Shown here: piece after piece, positions 17,999-29,351 of the stretch
Layout of the letters: every line of letters starts with the position of its first letter
Position numbering within the stretch: the stretch's first letter is position 1
Notes under the pieces: generated by a model
Told to the model about the DNA's origin: nothing
The model's database searches: none
What the model saw: the letters and a program-made list of their open reading frames with translations, nothing else
Origin: Synechococcales cyanobacterium CRU_2_2
GTDB lineage: Bacteria > Cyanobacteriota > Cyanobacteriia > PCC-9006 > JAAUQQ01
Assembly: GCA_012034805.1 (NCBI GenBank)
Contig: JAAUOP010000002.1
Location: 8,093-72,092, forward strand
Reading direction: 5' to 3'
Length of the DNA stretch: 64,000 nt
Position numbers and translations under genes: made by a program

Positions 17999-19428
17999 CG
18001 TTTTCCTCCGGTTGATTGCGATTCGGGCAAATTGCGCGGCGGGACGGTGCGGCCCTCGTAGAATTTCCGCTCGAGTTGAGTGAGGCCATACCGACTGGCT
18101 AAGGCGGCTAGAGCCAAGATCACGAGGGCGGCTTCAAAGCCTACCGGCAGGGGGGTAAGCCTGGGAAGTAGGGTTGCCAGAGCCCAGGCCAGGGCCGCGA
18201 GGGCGATCGCCCACACTTTCCCTCGCTGAACGTTTTGCAAGGCCCCTCGGCAACTGGCGCAATGTTGAGTGTGGGAAGTGTAGCGATCGAGCAACAGGTC
18301 TAGGTTTTCGATCGCTCCAGGCAGCCTCTGGCCCGGAAACGGGTCTGCCCCGTAGCGATTCACCCAATCCCGCAGGGCCACCACAAAAGTATCCGCCTTC
18401 GTAGGTAGATAAAACGCCTGTTTGTAGGCCTCACTGCCGCCGAGCTTTTCGAGGTAGCGCTCTTGAAAATGCAGAAAAATTTGGTCGTCTTCCAAGACGC
18501 CGTTTTGATTGAGGTGGGAAAACCAAGTCGGGGTCAGTTGGATGAATAAAGCGGGAATTTTGGACGGGAACTTGAAGGGAAATTTGGCAAACAGTCGGCA
18601 CTGGCCTTTGTGGGTGGGGGTTGCATAGACCACTGTCAGCGTGCGACCAAATTGCTGGGAGGTGAGGTCATGCCACATCAGATTTGGGGCAACGAAGGTT
18701 GTGGTCTGAGTGCCCAGTTTGCCAAGACGCGGGCCTTCGGGCCAGATGCCAGTAAAACCACTTTTGTCCTGGGTGAGCAGGTTCATTTGGGTGGGGCCAG
18801 CATTGACGCGGTTGCCCACGGATTTGTGGTGGGTGTAGGGCAAATGACTGGGGTCGAGGACATTTTCGAGTAACGTCAGTGCATCGTAGGGCAGGTCGCG
18901 AAACATGGTGAGCATGACCCAACTGTCGTCGCCGTCTTCGAGGGGATCGACAGTTGGCAATTGAGTTGTGTCAGCATTGCACGCATCGCCCGCATAGGCA
19001 AACAGCAAGCCCTGGTGAATGGCGGTTGGGAGGGCTTTGGCGCAGGCCCGCTGGGCCAATTGGGCTTGAGCCTTGGCAGCTTGTTGCGGAATCACCTCGC
19101 AATCACCCGCCCCTGAAAAAGCCCAGCCGTGGTAAGGACATTCGAGTTGCCCCGCCGCGTTGATCCGGCCCTGGGACAGCGGTGCAAGACGGTGAGGACA
19201 CTGATCTTCGAAGGCCCGCCAAGTGTTGCCCGCTTGATCCCACCAGATCACCAGATCTTGGTCGAGCAGGGTGAAGCGATGGGGCTGGCGCGGGTCGAGA
19301 TCCGATACGAAAAAAAGCGGGTGCCAGGCTTCTTTCCAATCGAACCGCTCGGGGTCTGGGCCTCCAGCCGTCTGGGGCCGATCGCAGGGCGGAGACTGGG
19401 TGGGTTGGAGGAGAGCCTGGTTTTCCAT
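17995..19428 (-). CDS. Rieske [2Fe-2S] oxygenase, pheophorbide a oxygenase (PaO/Tic55)-like
   Basis: Rieske motif CPHRLAPLS...CPYHGWAF, mononuclear iron motif NVLDPSHLPYTHH, C-terminal CxxC (HCASCRG) and a TM tail. Confidence 0.85.
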   Translation of the reverse strand: MENQALLQPTQSPPCDRPQTAGGPDPERFDWKEAWHPLFFVSDLDPRQPHRFTLLDQDLVIWWDQAGNTWRAFEDQCPHRLAPLSQGRINAAGQLECPYHGWAFSGAGDCEVIPQQAAKAQAQLAQRACAKALPTAIHQGLLFAYAGDACNADTTQLPTVDPLEDGDDSWVMLTMFRDLPYDALTLLENVLDPSHLPYTHHKSVGNRVNAGPTQMNLLTQDKSGFTGIWPEGPRLGKLGTQTTTFVAPNLMWHDLTSQQFGRTLTVVYATPTHKGQCRLFAKFPFKFPSKIPALFIQLTPTWFSHLNQNGVLEDDQIFLHFQERYLEKLGGSEAYKQAFYLPTKADTFVVALRDWVNRYGADPFPGQRLPGAIENLDLLLDRYTSHTQHCASCRGALQNVQRGKVWAIALAALAWALATLLPRLTPLPVGFEAALVILALAALASRYGLTQLERKFYEGRTVPPRNLPESQSTGGKR

Positions 19429-19498
19429 GGTGGAATTTGTTGCGAATTGTAAACGCTGTTTCTATTGTGCCACCAATACCCAGTCTATGGGCTAGGGC

Positions 19499-20854
19499 TT
19501 AGGTGATGGCCGCTAGGGTTTTGACAAAATTGGGATAGGAAATGGCGGCGGCTTCGGCGTGACCGATCGCCGTGGTTCCCTGGGCACCCAAGGCTGCGAT
19601 CGCCAAGCTCATGGCAATGCGGTGATCCATTCCGCTATCGACCTCAGCCCCCTGCAAGCCCGTGCCCCCGGTAATCTCCAGGCCGTCCGGCAGTTCCGTC
19701 ACCGCAGCGCCCATTTTCTGCAGCGTCTGGGCCATGGCGGTGAGGCGATCGCTCTCCTTCACCCGCAACTCTGCCGCATCCCGAATCACCGTGGTTCCCT
19801 GGGCAAAGACCGCTGCCACTGCCAAAATAGGCACCTCGTCAATCAGGCGAGGTAGGATGTCCCCGGCGATCGTACAGGCCTGGAGCTGGGCATAACGAAC
19901 CCGCAAATCTGCGACGGGCTCCCCAGCTACCATGCGTTCATTTTCGTGGGTAATGTTGGCTTGCATGTGCTCCAGCGCCTCCAAAATGCCCGTGCGCGTC
20001 GGATTCACCCCCACATTTTCCAGCAGCAATTCAGACCCCGGCAGAATGCTGGCTGCGACCAGCCAAAACGCAGCGGAGCTGATATCTCCGGGAACAACTA
20101 CCTTTTGGCCCTGCAGCTGCGTGGGCCCGGTGACCGTGACGCGATGAGTTTCTGGATCAACTGAAATTTCTGCACCAAAGGCCTTGAGCATTCGCTCGCT
20201 ATGGTCGCGGGACAGGCTCGGTTCGGTCACGCTGGTGGATCCAGGCGTGAGCAAACCCGCCAGGAGAATGCAGGATTTGACCTGGGCCGAGGCGACGGGC
20301 GAGGTGTAATCAATGGGTCGGAGGGTTTGGCCCTGCACGGCCAGGGGCGCGAGGCTGTTGCCTTGGCGACCCCAGATTTGGGCCTGCATCAAGTGCAGGG
20401 GTTTGACGACGCGGGACATGGGGCGCGATCGCAAGGAGTCATCACCCGTCACCGTAAAAAAACGCCCCGAATGGGACGCCAAAATCCCCAGCATCAACCG
20501 CAGGGTTGTCCCTGAATTGCCCGCATCCAAGACCGTCGCTGGCTCTTGCAAATTGCCTAAGCCCAAACCCTGAACCACCACATGCTGGGGATTGAGCTGC
20601 GAAATCTCAACTCCCATGACGCGAAAACAATGCGCCGTACTTTGCGGATCCTCACCAATCAGCAGCCCCTCAATCTCTGTTGTCCCCTGGGCCAAGGCCC
20701 CCAGCATCAGTGCCCGATGGGAAATTGACTTATCTCCGGGTACCCGAATCGTGCCCCGCACCGCTAGCCCTCCGATCGGGGGTGAAAGCCTCAAGATGGC
20801 CTGATTTTCCGTATTTTCGAGCAGGACAGTGGGAGTAGCCATGGTGCTAGACAT
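19499..20854 (-). CDS. aroA: 3-phosphoshikimate 1-carboxyvinyltransferase (EPSP synthase)
   Basis: [30 protein letters not shown] and [13 protein letters not shown]. Confidence 0.95.
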   Translation of the reverse strand: MSSTMATPTVLLENTENQAILRLSPPIGGLAVRGTIRVPGDKSISHRALMLGALAQGTTEIEGLLIGEDPQSTAHCFRVMGVEISQLNPQHVVVQGLGLGNLQEPATVLDAGNSGTTLRLMLGILASHSGRFFTVTGDDSLRSRPMSRVVKPLHLMQAQIWGRQGNSLAPLAVQGQTLRPIDYTSPVASAQVKSCILLAGLLTPGSTSVTEPSLSRDHSERMLKAFGAEISVDPETHRVTVTGPTQLQGQKVVVPGDISSAAFWLVAASILPGSELLLENVGVNPTRTGILEALEHMQANITHENERMVAGEPVADLRVRYAQLQACTIAGDILPRLIDEVPILAVAAVFAQGTTVIRDAAELRVKESDRLTAMAQTLQKMGAAVTELPDGLEITGGTGLQGAEVDSGMDHRIAMSLAIAALGAQGTTAIGHAEAAAISYPNFVKTLAAIT

Positions 20855-21051
20855 GAGGAACGATCGCTATCCTATGATGTTCTACGTCAAATGGATATTG
20901 AAGATGGGAGGTTGTTCCGGTGCCTGGGCATTCTTCGATTACCCCCATCTTGCGCCTCATCTGCTCGCCTCCCTTCTTTGCATGGTCTCCAACTCAGGGA
21001 ATCCATGATCAAGGTCTGCATCACATTCAAGTTTTCTAGCGCTATCGCTTT

Positions 21052-21534
21052 ATGATCACGTATCCCCGCAAGCCGATTAGTCTTTCGCTCAACTCGTCGG
21101 ATTTACTGCTCCATACGCAGGTTGATACGGCAGCAACCCTGTACCAAAAGTCGCCCGATTGTTTTCACCTGTTGCTGACGGAGCCGCCCTTGCCAGAAGC
21201 GGCGTCTGACTCAACCCATGCCATCAGCACTGTTGCTCAGCCCCGCCTGCTTTGGCTAGAAATTTCGCCCTACCGGCTGATCATGACGATGCAAAGCAAC
21301 GGCAACTTTAGTTATCGTCACTGGCTAGAGCGCGGTATTTATGGCATGAGCCGCTATTGGCTCCAGGATGAGGCTTTGGGACAAGGGGGACAGATTCGGC
21401 TGCGCAATTTCACCCGCAATTTGCAAATCGATGGCGACCCGTTGCCGACACACCTGTCTGTGGAATATGAACTCTGGGCCAACCGGGTGCCGATGGGACG
21501 CTATGAGCTGAATTTGCAGATTCATCATGGCTAG
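21052..21534 (+). CDS. Hypothetical protein
   Basis: 160-aa ORF with host-like codon bias. I recognise no domain. Confidence 0.4.
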   Translation: MITYPRKPISLSLNSSDLLLHTQVDTAATLYQKSPDCFHLLLTEPPLPEAASDSTHAISTVAQPRLLWLEISPYRLIMTMQSNGNFSYRHWLERGIYGMSRYWLQDEALGQGGQIRLRNFTRNLQIDGDPLPTHLSVEYELWANRVPMGRYELNLQIHHG

Positions 21535-21547
21535 GTCAGTGATAGGT

Positions 21548-22534
21548 TCAGGCTCCCGTAACGACACGGTTCCGTCCGGTTTGTTTGGCCTGACGCAAGC
21601 GGCGATCGGCTCGTTCCATCAACGTTAGCCCTTTGGTGTCGTCCTCGGGGCGCAACACGGCGACGCCCACGCTGACCGTGAGTGAGAGCTCTAGATCGTC
21701 GTTGATGGTGAAGGCCTGGGTGCCAATGAGTTGACAGAGGCGATCGCCGATCTCCCCAGCCTCATCCCCCTGGGTATCGCTGAGAATGACAACGAACTCT
21801 TCGCCGCCGTAGCGAAACAATGTGTCGTTGGCTCGCAAATTGTGCCGCAATCGGGCTGACAACAGCTTGAGCGAGACATCACCGACCAAATGGCCGTGGG
21901 TATCGTTAATACTTTTAAAAAAGTCCAGGTCGAAAATCATCAAACTGAGGGGGCGATCGCGATCGCGTGCCCGCTCAATCTGTCGGGGCAACTCCCAGTC
22001 GAGCGCTCGCCGATTGCTCAACTCCGTCAGCGGGTCAACCAGCGCGATCGTTGACAGTAAATCATTGGTTTTCAAGAGCTCGCGATAGCGCTTTGCCGCA
22101 CTAATACCGACCTGCAACTGGGTCTCCAAGAGTTGCATTTCCTGGGGCGAGGGCGTAGACTCAGTGCTCTCCAAGCTCAAGCAGACATCTGCACCCGCTT
22201 TCAACAAAACAATCACCTGGGCGGCCCAATCTTGACTGTCATCAGGCTTGTGAGTGTCAGGTTTGTGAATGTCAGGCTTAGTACCGTCTGATCTCCCGCT
22301 CAAAGCCAGCGCATAGATCCAGCAGAAGCGACCGCGAGCTTTAAGACGAAGTGTTGACGTGGCTAACTCTAGATCGTCCGCTTGGACAACGATCAAATCC
22401 GGCTGCCGAGCCTGGATGGAGAGTCCTGCCTGTACACTGTCCTTCGCATGGGTCATGGCGATGGAAGGATGTACTCTGCTTTGAACCATCACGTGAAAGG
22501 CACGACTGCCAACAATGAGGATCGAATGGTCCAT
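21548..22534 (-). CDS. Diguanylate cyclase (GGDEF) with an N-terminal receiver-like domain
   Basis: DPLTELSNRR, FDLDFFKSINDTHGH and RYGGEEF. The N-terminal ~120 aa are CheY-like but degenerate. Confidence 0.85.
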   Translation of the reverse strand: MDHSILIVGSRAFHVMVQSRVHPSIAMTHAKDSVQAGLSIQARQPDLIVVQADDLELATSTLRLKARGRFCWIYALALSGRSDGTKPDIHKPDTHKPDDSQDWAAQVIVLLKAGADVCLSLESTESTPSPQEMQLLETQLQVGISAAKRYRELLKTNDLLSTIALVDPLTELSNRRALDWELPRQIERARDRDRPLSLMIFDLDFFKSINDTHGHLVGDVSLKLLSARLRHNLRANDTLFRYGGEEFVVILSDTQGDEAGEIGDRLCQLIGTQAFTINDDLELSLTVSVGVAVLRPEDDTKGLTLMERADRRLRQAKQTGRNRVVTGA

Positions 22535-22896
22535 GCTTGACTCTAGATGCTTGACGCGAAGGACTTGACGCTAAGGGCGTTCAATAACGCCAGAAATGAG
22601 AAGCTCGTTTTCCACGAATGACCTAAGCTTCACGGAAGCTTTATAAGAATCCGGAACAGTAGGTGACCTTGATCATTGCATTTTCTAATTTTTATTCAAA
22701 TAAGAATTTAGCCAATCTTGAGAAAAACTCATTTTTGAGCTCAGCGGTAGATTTGAAGAGTCGGGGTCTGAATTGCTAGCGGGCGCACTTTGGCCCGAGC
22801 CAGCCGGGGTTACCTACAAAAATTGACCAGGAGTCCTGATGGATCGACATAATAGTGAGATAGATTATCTATCCCTGCGTTCTATTCCAACTGGCC

Positions 22897-25536
22897 ATGG
22901 CTATTCCCCCAAGCGGCGATCAAATTCGGCAAACTTTTCTGGACTTTTATGTGAAAAAGGCCCATCAGCACCTGCCGAGTGCCTCGCTGGTTCCAGAGGA
23001 TCCCACGGTGTTGTTGACGATCGCCGGAATGCTCCAGTTCAAGCCGATTTTTCTGGGCCAACGTCAGGCTGAGGTGCCCCGAGCGACGACGGCGCAGAAA
23101 TGTATTCGCACCAATGACATTGAGAATGTGGGTCGCACGGCTCGGCACCATACGTTCTTCGAGATGTTGGGGAATTTTAGCTTTGGGGACTATTTTAAGG
23201 AAGATGCGATCGCCTGGGCCTGGGAGCTTTCGACCCAAGTGCTGAATTTGCCCAAGGAGCGGCTGGTGGTCAGTGTTTTTGAGACCGACGATGAGGCCTA
23301 CGCCATCTGGCGCGACCGGATTGGGGTGCCAGAGACCCACGTTCGTCGCATGGGAGAAGCCGATAATTTTTGGGAGTCTGGCCCGACCGGCCCCTGCGGC
23401 CCTTGCTCGGAGATTTACTATGACTTTCACCCAGAGCGCGGCGACCAGGATATCGATCTCGAAGACGATAGCCGCTTCATCGAGTTTTATAACTTGGTGT
23501 TTATGCAGTATAACCGCGACGCTGCGGGCGATCTGACACCGCTGGCGAAGCAAAACATCGATACGGGCATGGGCCTAGAGCGGGTGGCGCAAATTCTCCA
23601 GGGCAAGCCCAACAATTATGAAACGGATTTAATTTTCCCGATTATCGAAGCGGTGTCTAAGCTCACGGGGCTGCCCTACGAAGCGGCGGATGAGACCCAG
23701 AAGACTTCCTATAAGGTGATTGGTGACCATGTGCGGGCGGTGACGCATTTGATCGCGGATGGGGTGGTGGCGTCGAACTTGGGGCGGGGCTATATTTTGC
23801 GGCGGTTGATTCGGCGCTTAGTGCGCCATGGACGATTGTTAGGCCTTGAGCAGCCTTTTGCGGCCCAGGTGGCGGAACGTGCGATCGCCCTGATGGAAGG
23901 CATCTACCCGAACTTGCGCGATCGCGAAAAAACCATCAAAGACGCCCTCGCCCAAGAGGAGCAGCAGTTCCTCAAAACCCTGGAGCGGGGTGAGAAGCTG
24001 TTGGCGGAGGAGATCGCCAAGCTGACCCAACAGACGCAAGCCTTGATTCCCGGTGCCGTTGCCTTTAAGCTGTTTGCCACGTTTGGTTTCCCGGTGGAGC
24101 TGACCGAGGAAATTGCGGCGGAGCAGGGGTTTACGGTGGATCTGGCGGGGTATGACGTGGCCATGCGCGAGCACGCAGGCATTTCCAATGCTCAAGAGGA
24201 GATCGACCTGACCCAACAGTCGGATCTGAAAAAGCTGTCGGCGCGTGCCGAGGCCACTGTCTTCCGGGGCTATGGGACGACCCAAGCCCAGGCAACGGTG
24301 ACGGATCTATTTGTGGATGAACAGCAGGCGTCCCAGGCTCAGGCTGGAGATCAGGTGAAGCTGGTGCTGAGTGAAACGCCGTTTTATGCGGAGTCGGGGG
24401 GGCAGGTGGGCGATCGCGGCTATCTGACTGGCCCCGATCTGCTGGTGTGGATCGATGATGTTCAGAAAGAGGCCAATACGTTTGTTCACCAGGGACGCAT
24501 TCAAGAAGGTGTGCTTAAGCAGGGTGAGATGGTTAAGGCCCAAGTCGATCGGGCGTGCCGCCGTCGCGCCCAGGCCAACCACTCGGCCACTCACTTATTA
24601 CAAGCGGCGCTGAAGCACCAGGTGGATGCCGAGATTTCCCAGGCGGGCTCTCTGGTGACGTTCGATCGCCTCCGGTTTGACTTCAACCTCAATCGCGCTA
24701 TTACCGCCGATGAGCTGCGTCTGGTGGAAGCCCAGGTTAATACCTGGATTGCTGAAGCCCACGGGGCGGAGGTTGCCGAAATGCCGATCGCGGCTGCCAA
24801 GGCCAAGGGAGCCACGGCAATGTTTGGGGAAAAATATGGCGACACCGTGCGCGTAGTCGATTTTCCGGGGGTTTCCATGGAGTTGTGCGGTGGAATTCAC
24901 GTCAGCAACACGGCTGAAATCGGGGTCTTCAAAATCATCTCAGAGAGCGGAATTTCCGCCGGTGTGCGACGAATCGAGGCAGTATCTGGGCCAGCGGTGC
25001 TCGACTATCTCAATGTTCGCGAGGCGGTGGTGAAGGACTTGAGCGATCGCTTCAAGGCCAAGCCTGAGGAAATTGGCGATCGGGTCACGGCGCTGCAAAT
25101 GGAGCTGAAGACAACCCAAAAGGCGCTGGAGGCCGCACAATCGGAGCTGGCGATCGCCAAATCCGACAGCCTACTCTCTCAGGCTCAAGCGCTCGGAAGA
25201 TTCAAAATCCTTGTGGCCCAACTCAATGGCGTTGATCCCAAGTCCCTGCAAATCGCTGCAGAACGACTGTTGCAGAAGCTGGGCGATACAGGGGCTGTTG
25301 TTTTGGGCTCGGCCCTCGACGACGGCAAGGTGAGCCTGGTGGCGGCCTTTACCCCGTCGGTGAACGAGGTAGGGCCGCAAGCTGGCCAGTTCATCGGCAA
25401 GATTGCCCAGATCTGTGGTGGCGGTGGCGGTGGTCGGCCCAATTTTGCCCAGGCGGGGGGACGGGATGCGAGCAAATTGCCGGAGGCGATCGACTCCGCC
25501 CAGCAGCAGCTTGAAGCTGCCTTGGGAGAGTATTAG
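22897..25536 (+). CDS. alaS: Alanine--tRNA ligase
   Basis: 879 aa, with FTIAGM-type motif LLTIAGMLQFKP, the editing-domain H-x-x-x-H (HSATHLL) and a C-terminal DHHA1 region with GGGGGRP. Confidence 0.97.
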   Translation: MAIPPSGDQIRQTFLDFYVKKAHQHLPSASLVPEDPTVLLTIAGMLQFKPIFLGQRQAEVPRATTAQKCIRTNDIENVGRTARHHTFFEMLGNFSFGDYFKEDAIAWAWELSTQVLNLPKERLVVSVFETDDEAYAIWRDRIGVPETHVRRMGEADNFWESGPTGPCGPCSEIYYDFHPERGDQDIDLEDDSRFIEFYNLVFMQYNRDAAGDLTPLAKQNIDTGMGLERVAQILQGKPNNYETDLIFPIIEAVSKLTGLPYEAADETQKTSYKVIGDHVRAVTHLIADGVVASNLGRGYILRRLIRRLVRHGRLLGLEQPFAAQVAERAIALMEGIYPNLRDREKTIKDALAQEEQQFLKTLERGEKLLAEEIAKLTQQTQALIPGAVAFKLFATFGFPVELTEEIAAEQGFTVDLAGYDVAMREHAGISNAQEEIDLTQQSDLKKLSARAEATVFRGYGTTQAQATVTDLFVDEQQASQAQAGDQVKLVLSETPFYAESGGQVGDRGYLTGPDLLVWIDDVQKEANTFVHQGRIQEGVLKQGEMVKAQVDRACRRRAQANHSATHLLQAALKHQVDAEISQAGSLVTFDRLRFDFNLNRAITADELRLVEAQVNTWIAEAHGAEVAEMPIAAAKAKGATAMFGEKYGDTVRVVDFPGVSMELCGGIHVSNTAEIGVFKIISESGISAGVRRIEAVSGPAVLDYLNVREAVVKDLSDRFKAKPEEIGDRVTALQMELKTTQKALEAAQSELAIAKSDSLLSQAQALGRFKILVAQLNGVDPKSLQIAAERLLQKLGDTGAVVLGSALDDGKVSLVAAFTPSVNEVGPQAGQFIGKIAQICGGGGGGRPNFAQAGGRDASKLPEAIDSAQQQLEAALGEY

Positions 25537-25620
25537 GGCGCGATCGCCCCCTCCCGAGGCATCCAAAGGCATTTGGCGGCACCCAGAGTCCGATTTTCCA
25601 CGACGATATCCGGAGTTTGC

Positions 25621-26109
25621 ATGGAAGATCTGCAGGACAAGGTGATTTTGGGGATTGATCCGGCGATCGCTTCGATTGGCTATGCCGCCATTTGCAACCA
25701 GCATGTCCTCGACTATGGCGTGATCAAAACAACCGCAGGCGAGAACATCTCTGTCCGACTTCGGCAAATCCACGACGATATTTGCGAACTCTGTACCACT
25801 CTTAAGCCCGATGTGGTGGCTCTGGAGATGCCGTTTTTTACGCGAGAAAATACCAACGCCAATAAAGTGCTCCGGGCCTTGGGTGTGATCCAGTTGGCCT
25901 TGGGCGATAGCGGCTTACCGGATCCCATTTTCCTACACCAGTCCCAGGTCAAATCAGCGGTTGCCCAATATGGAGCCGCCAAGGAGGAAATGCAAGATGC
26001 CGTGGCATTTTTGTTCAAACTGCCTGGGCCGCCCCGACCGGACGATGCGGCGGACGCCTTGGCGATCGCCTACGCTGCCCAACTCGGCATGCGAGCAAAC
26101 GTCAAATAA
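25621..26109 (+). CDS. ruvC: Crossover junction endodeoxyribonuclease RuvC
   Basis: ILGIDPAIASIGYAAI and DDAADALAIAY. ATG at 25621 is preferred over 25573. Confidence 0.9.
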   Translation: MEDLQDKVILGIDPAIASIGYAAICNQHVLDYGVIKTTAGENISVRLRQIHDDICELCTTLKPDVVALEMPFFTRENTNANKVLRALGVIQLALGDSGLPDPIFLHQSQVKSAVAQYGAAKEEMQDAVAFLFKLPGPPRPDDAADALAIAYAAQLGMRANVK

Positions 26110-26177
26110 AAATTCAGCTTTTTTTGAGAGTCCCTTGGGAGAAGGGAAATAAGCTAATCCTGTCTAAAAAAAATCTG

Positions 26178-26231
26178 TAAAAAAAATAACCCAAAAAGAG
26201 AAATACCCAGAAGGCCCCTCTCTTTTGGGTT
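26178..26231 (-). terminator. Rho-independent terminator of psbV
   Basis: The hairpin AACCCAAAAGAGAG/CTCTTTTTGGGTT (minus sense, one bulge) is followed in minus sense by ATTTTTTTT. Confidence 0.65.
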
Positions 26232-26277
26232 TGTGGTTGACTCGACGCCCAAACCCTTTTGCGCGTCGAGGTTCCAG

Positions 26278-26352
26278 ATCAGAACCTGCCGGACTCAGAC
26301 TTGCCGAACTCAAGCCTGCTGGACTCAAATCTGCCGAGCAGAACCCGCCAGA
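26278..26352. repeat. Degenerate 15-bp tandem repeat x5
   Basis: cagaacctgccggact / cagacttgccgaact / caagcctgctggact / caaatctgccgagca / gaacccgccagatta. The array abuts the psbV stop codon. Confidence 0.8.
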
Positions 26353-26862
26353 TTAGAATTTGGTTTTGCCAGAACCCCATTGACTGCCCATCACCTTAGG
26401 CTGCAGCAAGACATGGCCCGCAATCTCAAACAGATCTTCATCTGTGAGGTTACGCATCTTCGGATAAATATCCGTACTCTTCATGCTGGGGTGGCGTTCG
26501 GAGATTTCCTCTTCACCGTCATAGGTTGTGGGGTTGTAGAGGTAATCCACCATAGACTCAATGGTGTCACGGGGCGGCGTTGCCAACGCCAAGGCTTCTG
26601 GGTCAAGACCCACGTTCGGATCGGTCTTGGTGACTCCCTTGAGGTGGCATTGGGCGCAGGTGTCAGAGAAGAGGCGACTGCCCTTGATCACCTGCTTTTG
26701 GGTCAGCGTCACCGTCTCACCTGCGGCATTGAGCGGCAGCGTACGGGTATTAGCGTCGAGTTCTGATGCAGAAGCCGGACCAACCGCAAGCTGAAAAATA
26801 AATAAAAACGCAGCGAGCGTGAGCAAGAAAGCTTGCTTAAATGAAGACCCACTAACAGTCAT
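26353..26862 (-). CDS. psbV: Cytochrome c-550 (PsbV) of photosystem II
   Basis: Signal peptide, then ELDANTRTLPLN..., the haem motif CAQCH, and GHVLLQPKV near the C-terminus. The internal ATG at 26862 matches the mature family length (170 aa). Confidence 0.92.
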   Translation of the reverse strand: MTVSGSSFKQAFLLTLAAFLFIFQLAVGPASASELDANTRTLPLNAAGETVTLTQKQVIKGSRLFSDTCAQCHLKGVTKTDPNVGLDPEALALATPPRDTIESMVDYLYNPTTYDGEEEISERHPSMKSTDIYPKMRNLTDEDLFEIAGHVLLQPKVMGSQWGSGKTKF

Positions 26863-27272
26863 GAGATTATGTTGGCTCCAGACAATGGCTCGTATTTTAT
26901 ATGTGTGTATGCTCTCATATGCGGCATCAATCTGAGCGATCGCCCCTTCATCTCGAGATAGTCCCGCCTGCGTAGACCTCTCAACAAGCCTGTGTAAAGC
27001 GCGAAAAATCAGCACTTTGAGCCCATTTCGCAAATCGAGAGGCCCCCGTCCGACTTTATGTTTTGTAATCTTACATTGTGCAACCTTTATGGTTCGTAAC
27101 ATTGACTGCGATCGACCCTAAGCCAATGAAGCCCTCGCCACTCAACAATCGGTTGCCCTCTGATCTTGGGATATGTTAAATTTGGTAAACATTCTTCTAA
27201 TAAACCCTGTTTATAGAATTGCTTGCGAACGAATACCCGAACTAATCCCCGAACTCTGAGGTCACTCAACCC

Positions 27273-29162
27273 ATGAAAACTTCTTGGAAAGTCATTGCGC
27301 TTTGGGCTGCGCCCCTGCTGCTGATTGGCTTCTTCCTCTGGCAGGCCACCGCAGTGCCGACGAGCCCGAGCATGGGTCAGAATGTTGCTAGCACCCGGAT
27401 GACCTATGGTCGATTCCTGGAGTACCTCGAATCTGGGCGGGTCACCACAGTTGATTTGTATGAGGGCGGACGCACCGCCATCGTCGAGGCGGTTGACCCT
27501 GAATTGACCAACCGCCCCCAGCACCTGCGGGTCGATTTGCCGGGTAACACGCCTGAGCTGATTACCCGCTTACAGGCCGAGCAAGTCAATTTTGATGTTC
27601 ATCCGGCCCGCAATGATGGTGCGATCTGGGGACTGCTCAGTAACTTAATTTTTCCAATTCTGCTGATTACAGGTCTGTTCTTCATTTTCCGCCGTTCCGG
27701 TAATGTTCCGGGTGGGCCAGGTCAGGCGATGAACTTTGGCAAGTCCAAGGCGCGTTTTCAAATGGAAGCGAAGACGGGCGTTATGTTTGACGACGTGGCT
27801 GGCATTGAAGAAGCCAAGGAAGAGCTGCAAGAAGTGGTGACGTTCCTCAAAAAGCCCGAACGCTTTACGGCCGTCGGAGCCAAAATTCCCAAGGGTGTAT
27901 TGTTGGTTGGGCCTCCGGGTACGGGCAAGACGCTGCTGGCCAAGGCGATCGCCGGTGAAGCCGGAACGCCCTTCTTCAGCATCTCGGGTTCTGAATTTGT
28001 CGAAATGTTTGTGGGCGTCGGTGCATCGCGTGTCCGTGACCTGTTCAAAAAGGCCAAGGAAAATGCCCCTTGCATTATCTTCATTGACGAGATTGATGCT
28101 GTGGGTCGCCAGCGTGGTGCAGGCATTGGGGGTGGCAACGACGAGCGGGAACAAACTCTCAACCAGCTGCTGACGGAGATGGATGGCTTTGAGGGCAACA
28201 CGGGCATCATCATCATCGCGGCGACCAACCGGCCTGATGTGTTGGACTCGGCCTTGCTGCGTCCGGGTCGATTCGATCGCCAGGTGACGGTGGATCCCCC
28301 CGATATCAAGGGCCGCATTGAGATTTTGGAAGTTCATGCGCGGAACAAAAAGTTGGCCGAGGATGTTTCCTTGCGGGTGATAGCCCGTCGGACGCCGGGA
28401 TTTAGTGGTGCAGATTTGGCCAACCTGCTGAACGAGGCGGCGATTTTGGACGGCGCGCGTCGTAAGGATGCCATGACCATGCTGGAAGTGGATGATGCGG
28501 TCGATCGCGTCATTGCCGGTATGGAAGGTACGCCCCTAACCGATGGCAAGAGCAAGCGCTTGATTGCCTATCACGAAATCGGCCATGCCATGATTGGCAC
28601 GCTGGTCAAGGATCATGACCCAGTGCAAAAAGTGACCTTGATTCCTCGCGGTCAGGCCCAGGGTCTGACCTGGTTTGCGCCGAGCGAAGACCAAAGCCTG
28701 GTTTCTCGTTCTCAGTTGAAGGCTCGGATTATGGGTGCCTTGGGTGGTCGCGCTGCGGAGGCCGTCATCTTTGGTGAGGACGAAATCACCACGGGTGCAG
28801 GTAATGATCTCCAGCAGGTCACGGGTATGGCGCGGCAAATGGTGACGCGGTTTGGTATGTCCGACAAGATTGGCTTGATTTCCCTGGAGGGTCAAAGCCA
28901 AGAAGTCTTCCTGGGCAGTGGCTTAACCAACCGCAGCGAATACTCCAACGAGATTGCAGCGACGATCGATCAAGAGGTCAAGGCGATCGCCCAAGCCTGC
29001 TACGAAGAGACCCTACGCATTATTCGTGAGAACCGCGTTGTGATCGATCGCCTCGTGGATATCTTGATCGAAAGGGAAAGTATGGATGGCGATGAGTTTC
29101 GTCAGATTGTCGCCGAGTACACCGAAGTGCCCGACAAGGAGCGCTTTGTGCCTGCTATCTAG
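27273..29162 (+). CDS. ftsH: ATP-dependent zinc metalloprotease FtsH
   Basis: [17 protein letters not shown], the SRH region and the zinc motif HEIGHA. Confidence 0.97.
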   Translation: MKTSWKVIALWAAPLLLIGFFLWQATAVPTSPSMGQNVASTRMTYGRFLEYLESGRVTTVDLYEGGRTAIVEAVDPELTNRPQHLRVDLPGNTPELITRLQAEQVNFDVHPARNDGAIWGLLSNLIFPILLITGLFFIFRRSGNVPGGPGQAMNFGKSKARFQMEAKTGVMFDDVAGIEEAKEELQEVVTFLKKPERFTAVGAKIPKGVLLVGPPGTGKTLLAKAIAGEAGTPFFSISGSEFVEMFVGVGASRVRDLFKKAKENAPCIIFIDEIDAVGRQRGAGIGGGNDEREQTLNQLLTEMDGFEGNTGIIIIAATNRPDVLDSALLRPGRFDRQVTVDPPDIKGRIEILEVHARNKKLAEDVSLRVIARRTPGFSGADLANLLNEAAILDGARRKDAMTMLEVDDAVDRVIAGMEGTPLTDGKSKRLIAYHEIGHAMIGTLVKDHDPVQKVTLIPRGQAQGLTWFAPSEDQSLVSRSQLKARIMGALGGRAAEAVIFGEDEITTGAGNDLQQVTGMARQMVTRFGMSDKIGLISLEGQSQEVFLGSGLTNRSEYSNEIAATIDQEVKAIAQACYEETLRIIRENRVVIDRLVDILIERESMDGDEFRQIVAEYTEVPDKERFVPAI

Positions 29163-29190
29163 ATCGATTCCGTTCGAAAAATTCTGCAAG

Positions 29191-29213
29191 GAGGCCAACA
29201 GGCCTCTTTTTTT
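29191..29213 (+). terminator. Rho-independent terminator of ftsH
   Basis: GAGGCC-aaca-GGCCTC followed by T7. Confidence 0.75.
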
Positions 29214-29351
29214 GGGCCTGTTCCGAAGCAGACGCCCCACAATCTGTCCCCAAGCCAGCCTCAACGGCTCCTGAACCTAGCTACCGTAGAGGCCTGCCTT
29301 TCGTGCTTTGCTTGTAAAATCTTCACCCGATCATTGGGAGCAAAATCCACC

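Noticed and set aside
27645-28337. 230-aa and 186-aa minus-strand ORFs
   Set aside because: They are antisense to the AAA+ core of ftsH, whose plus-strand motifs are unambiguous.
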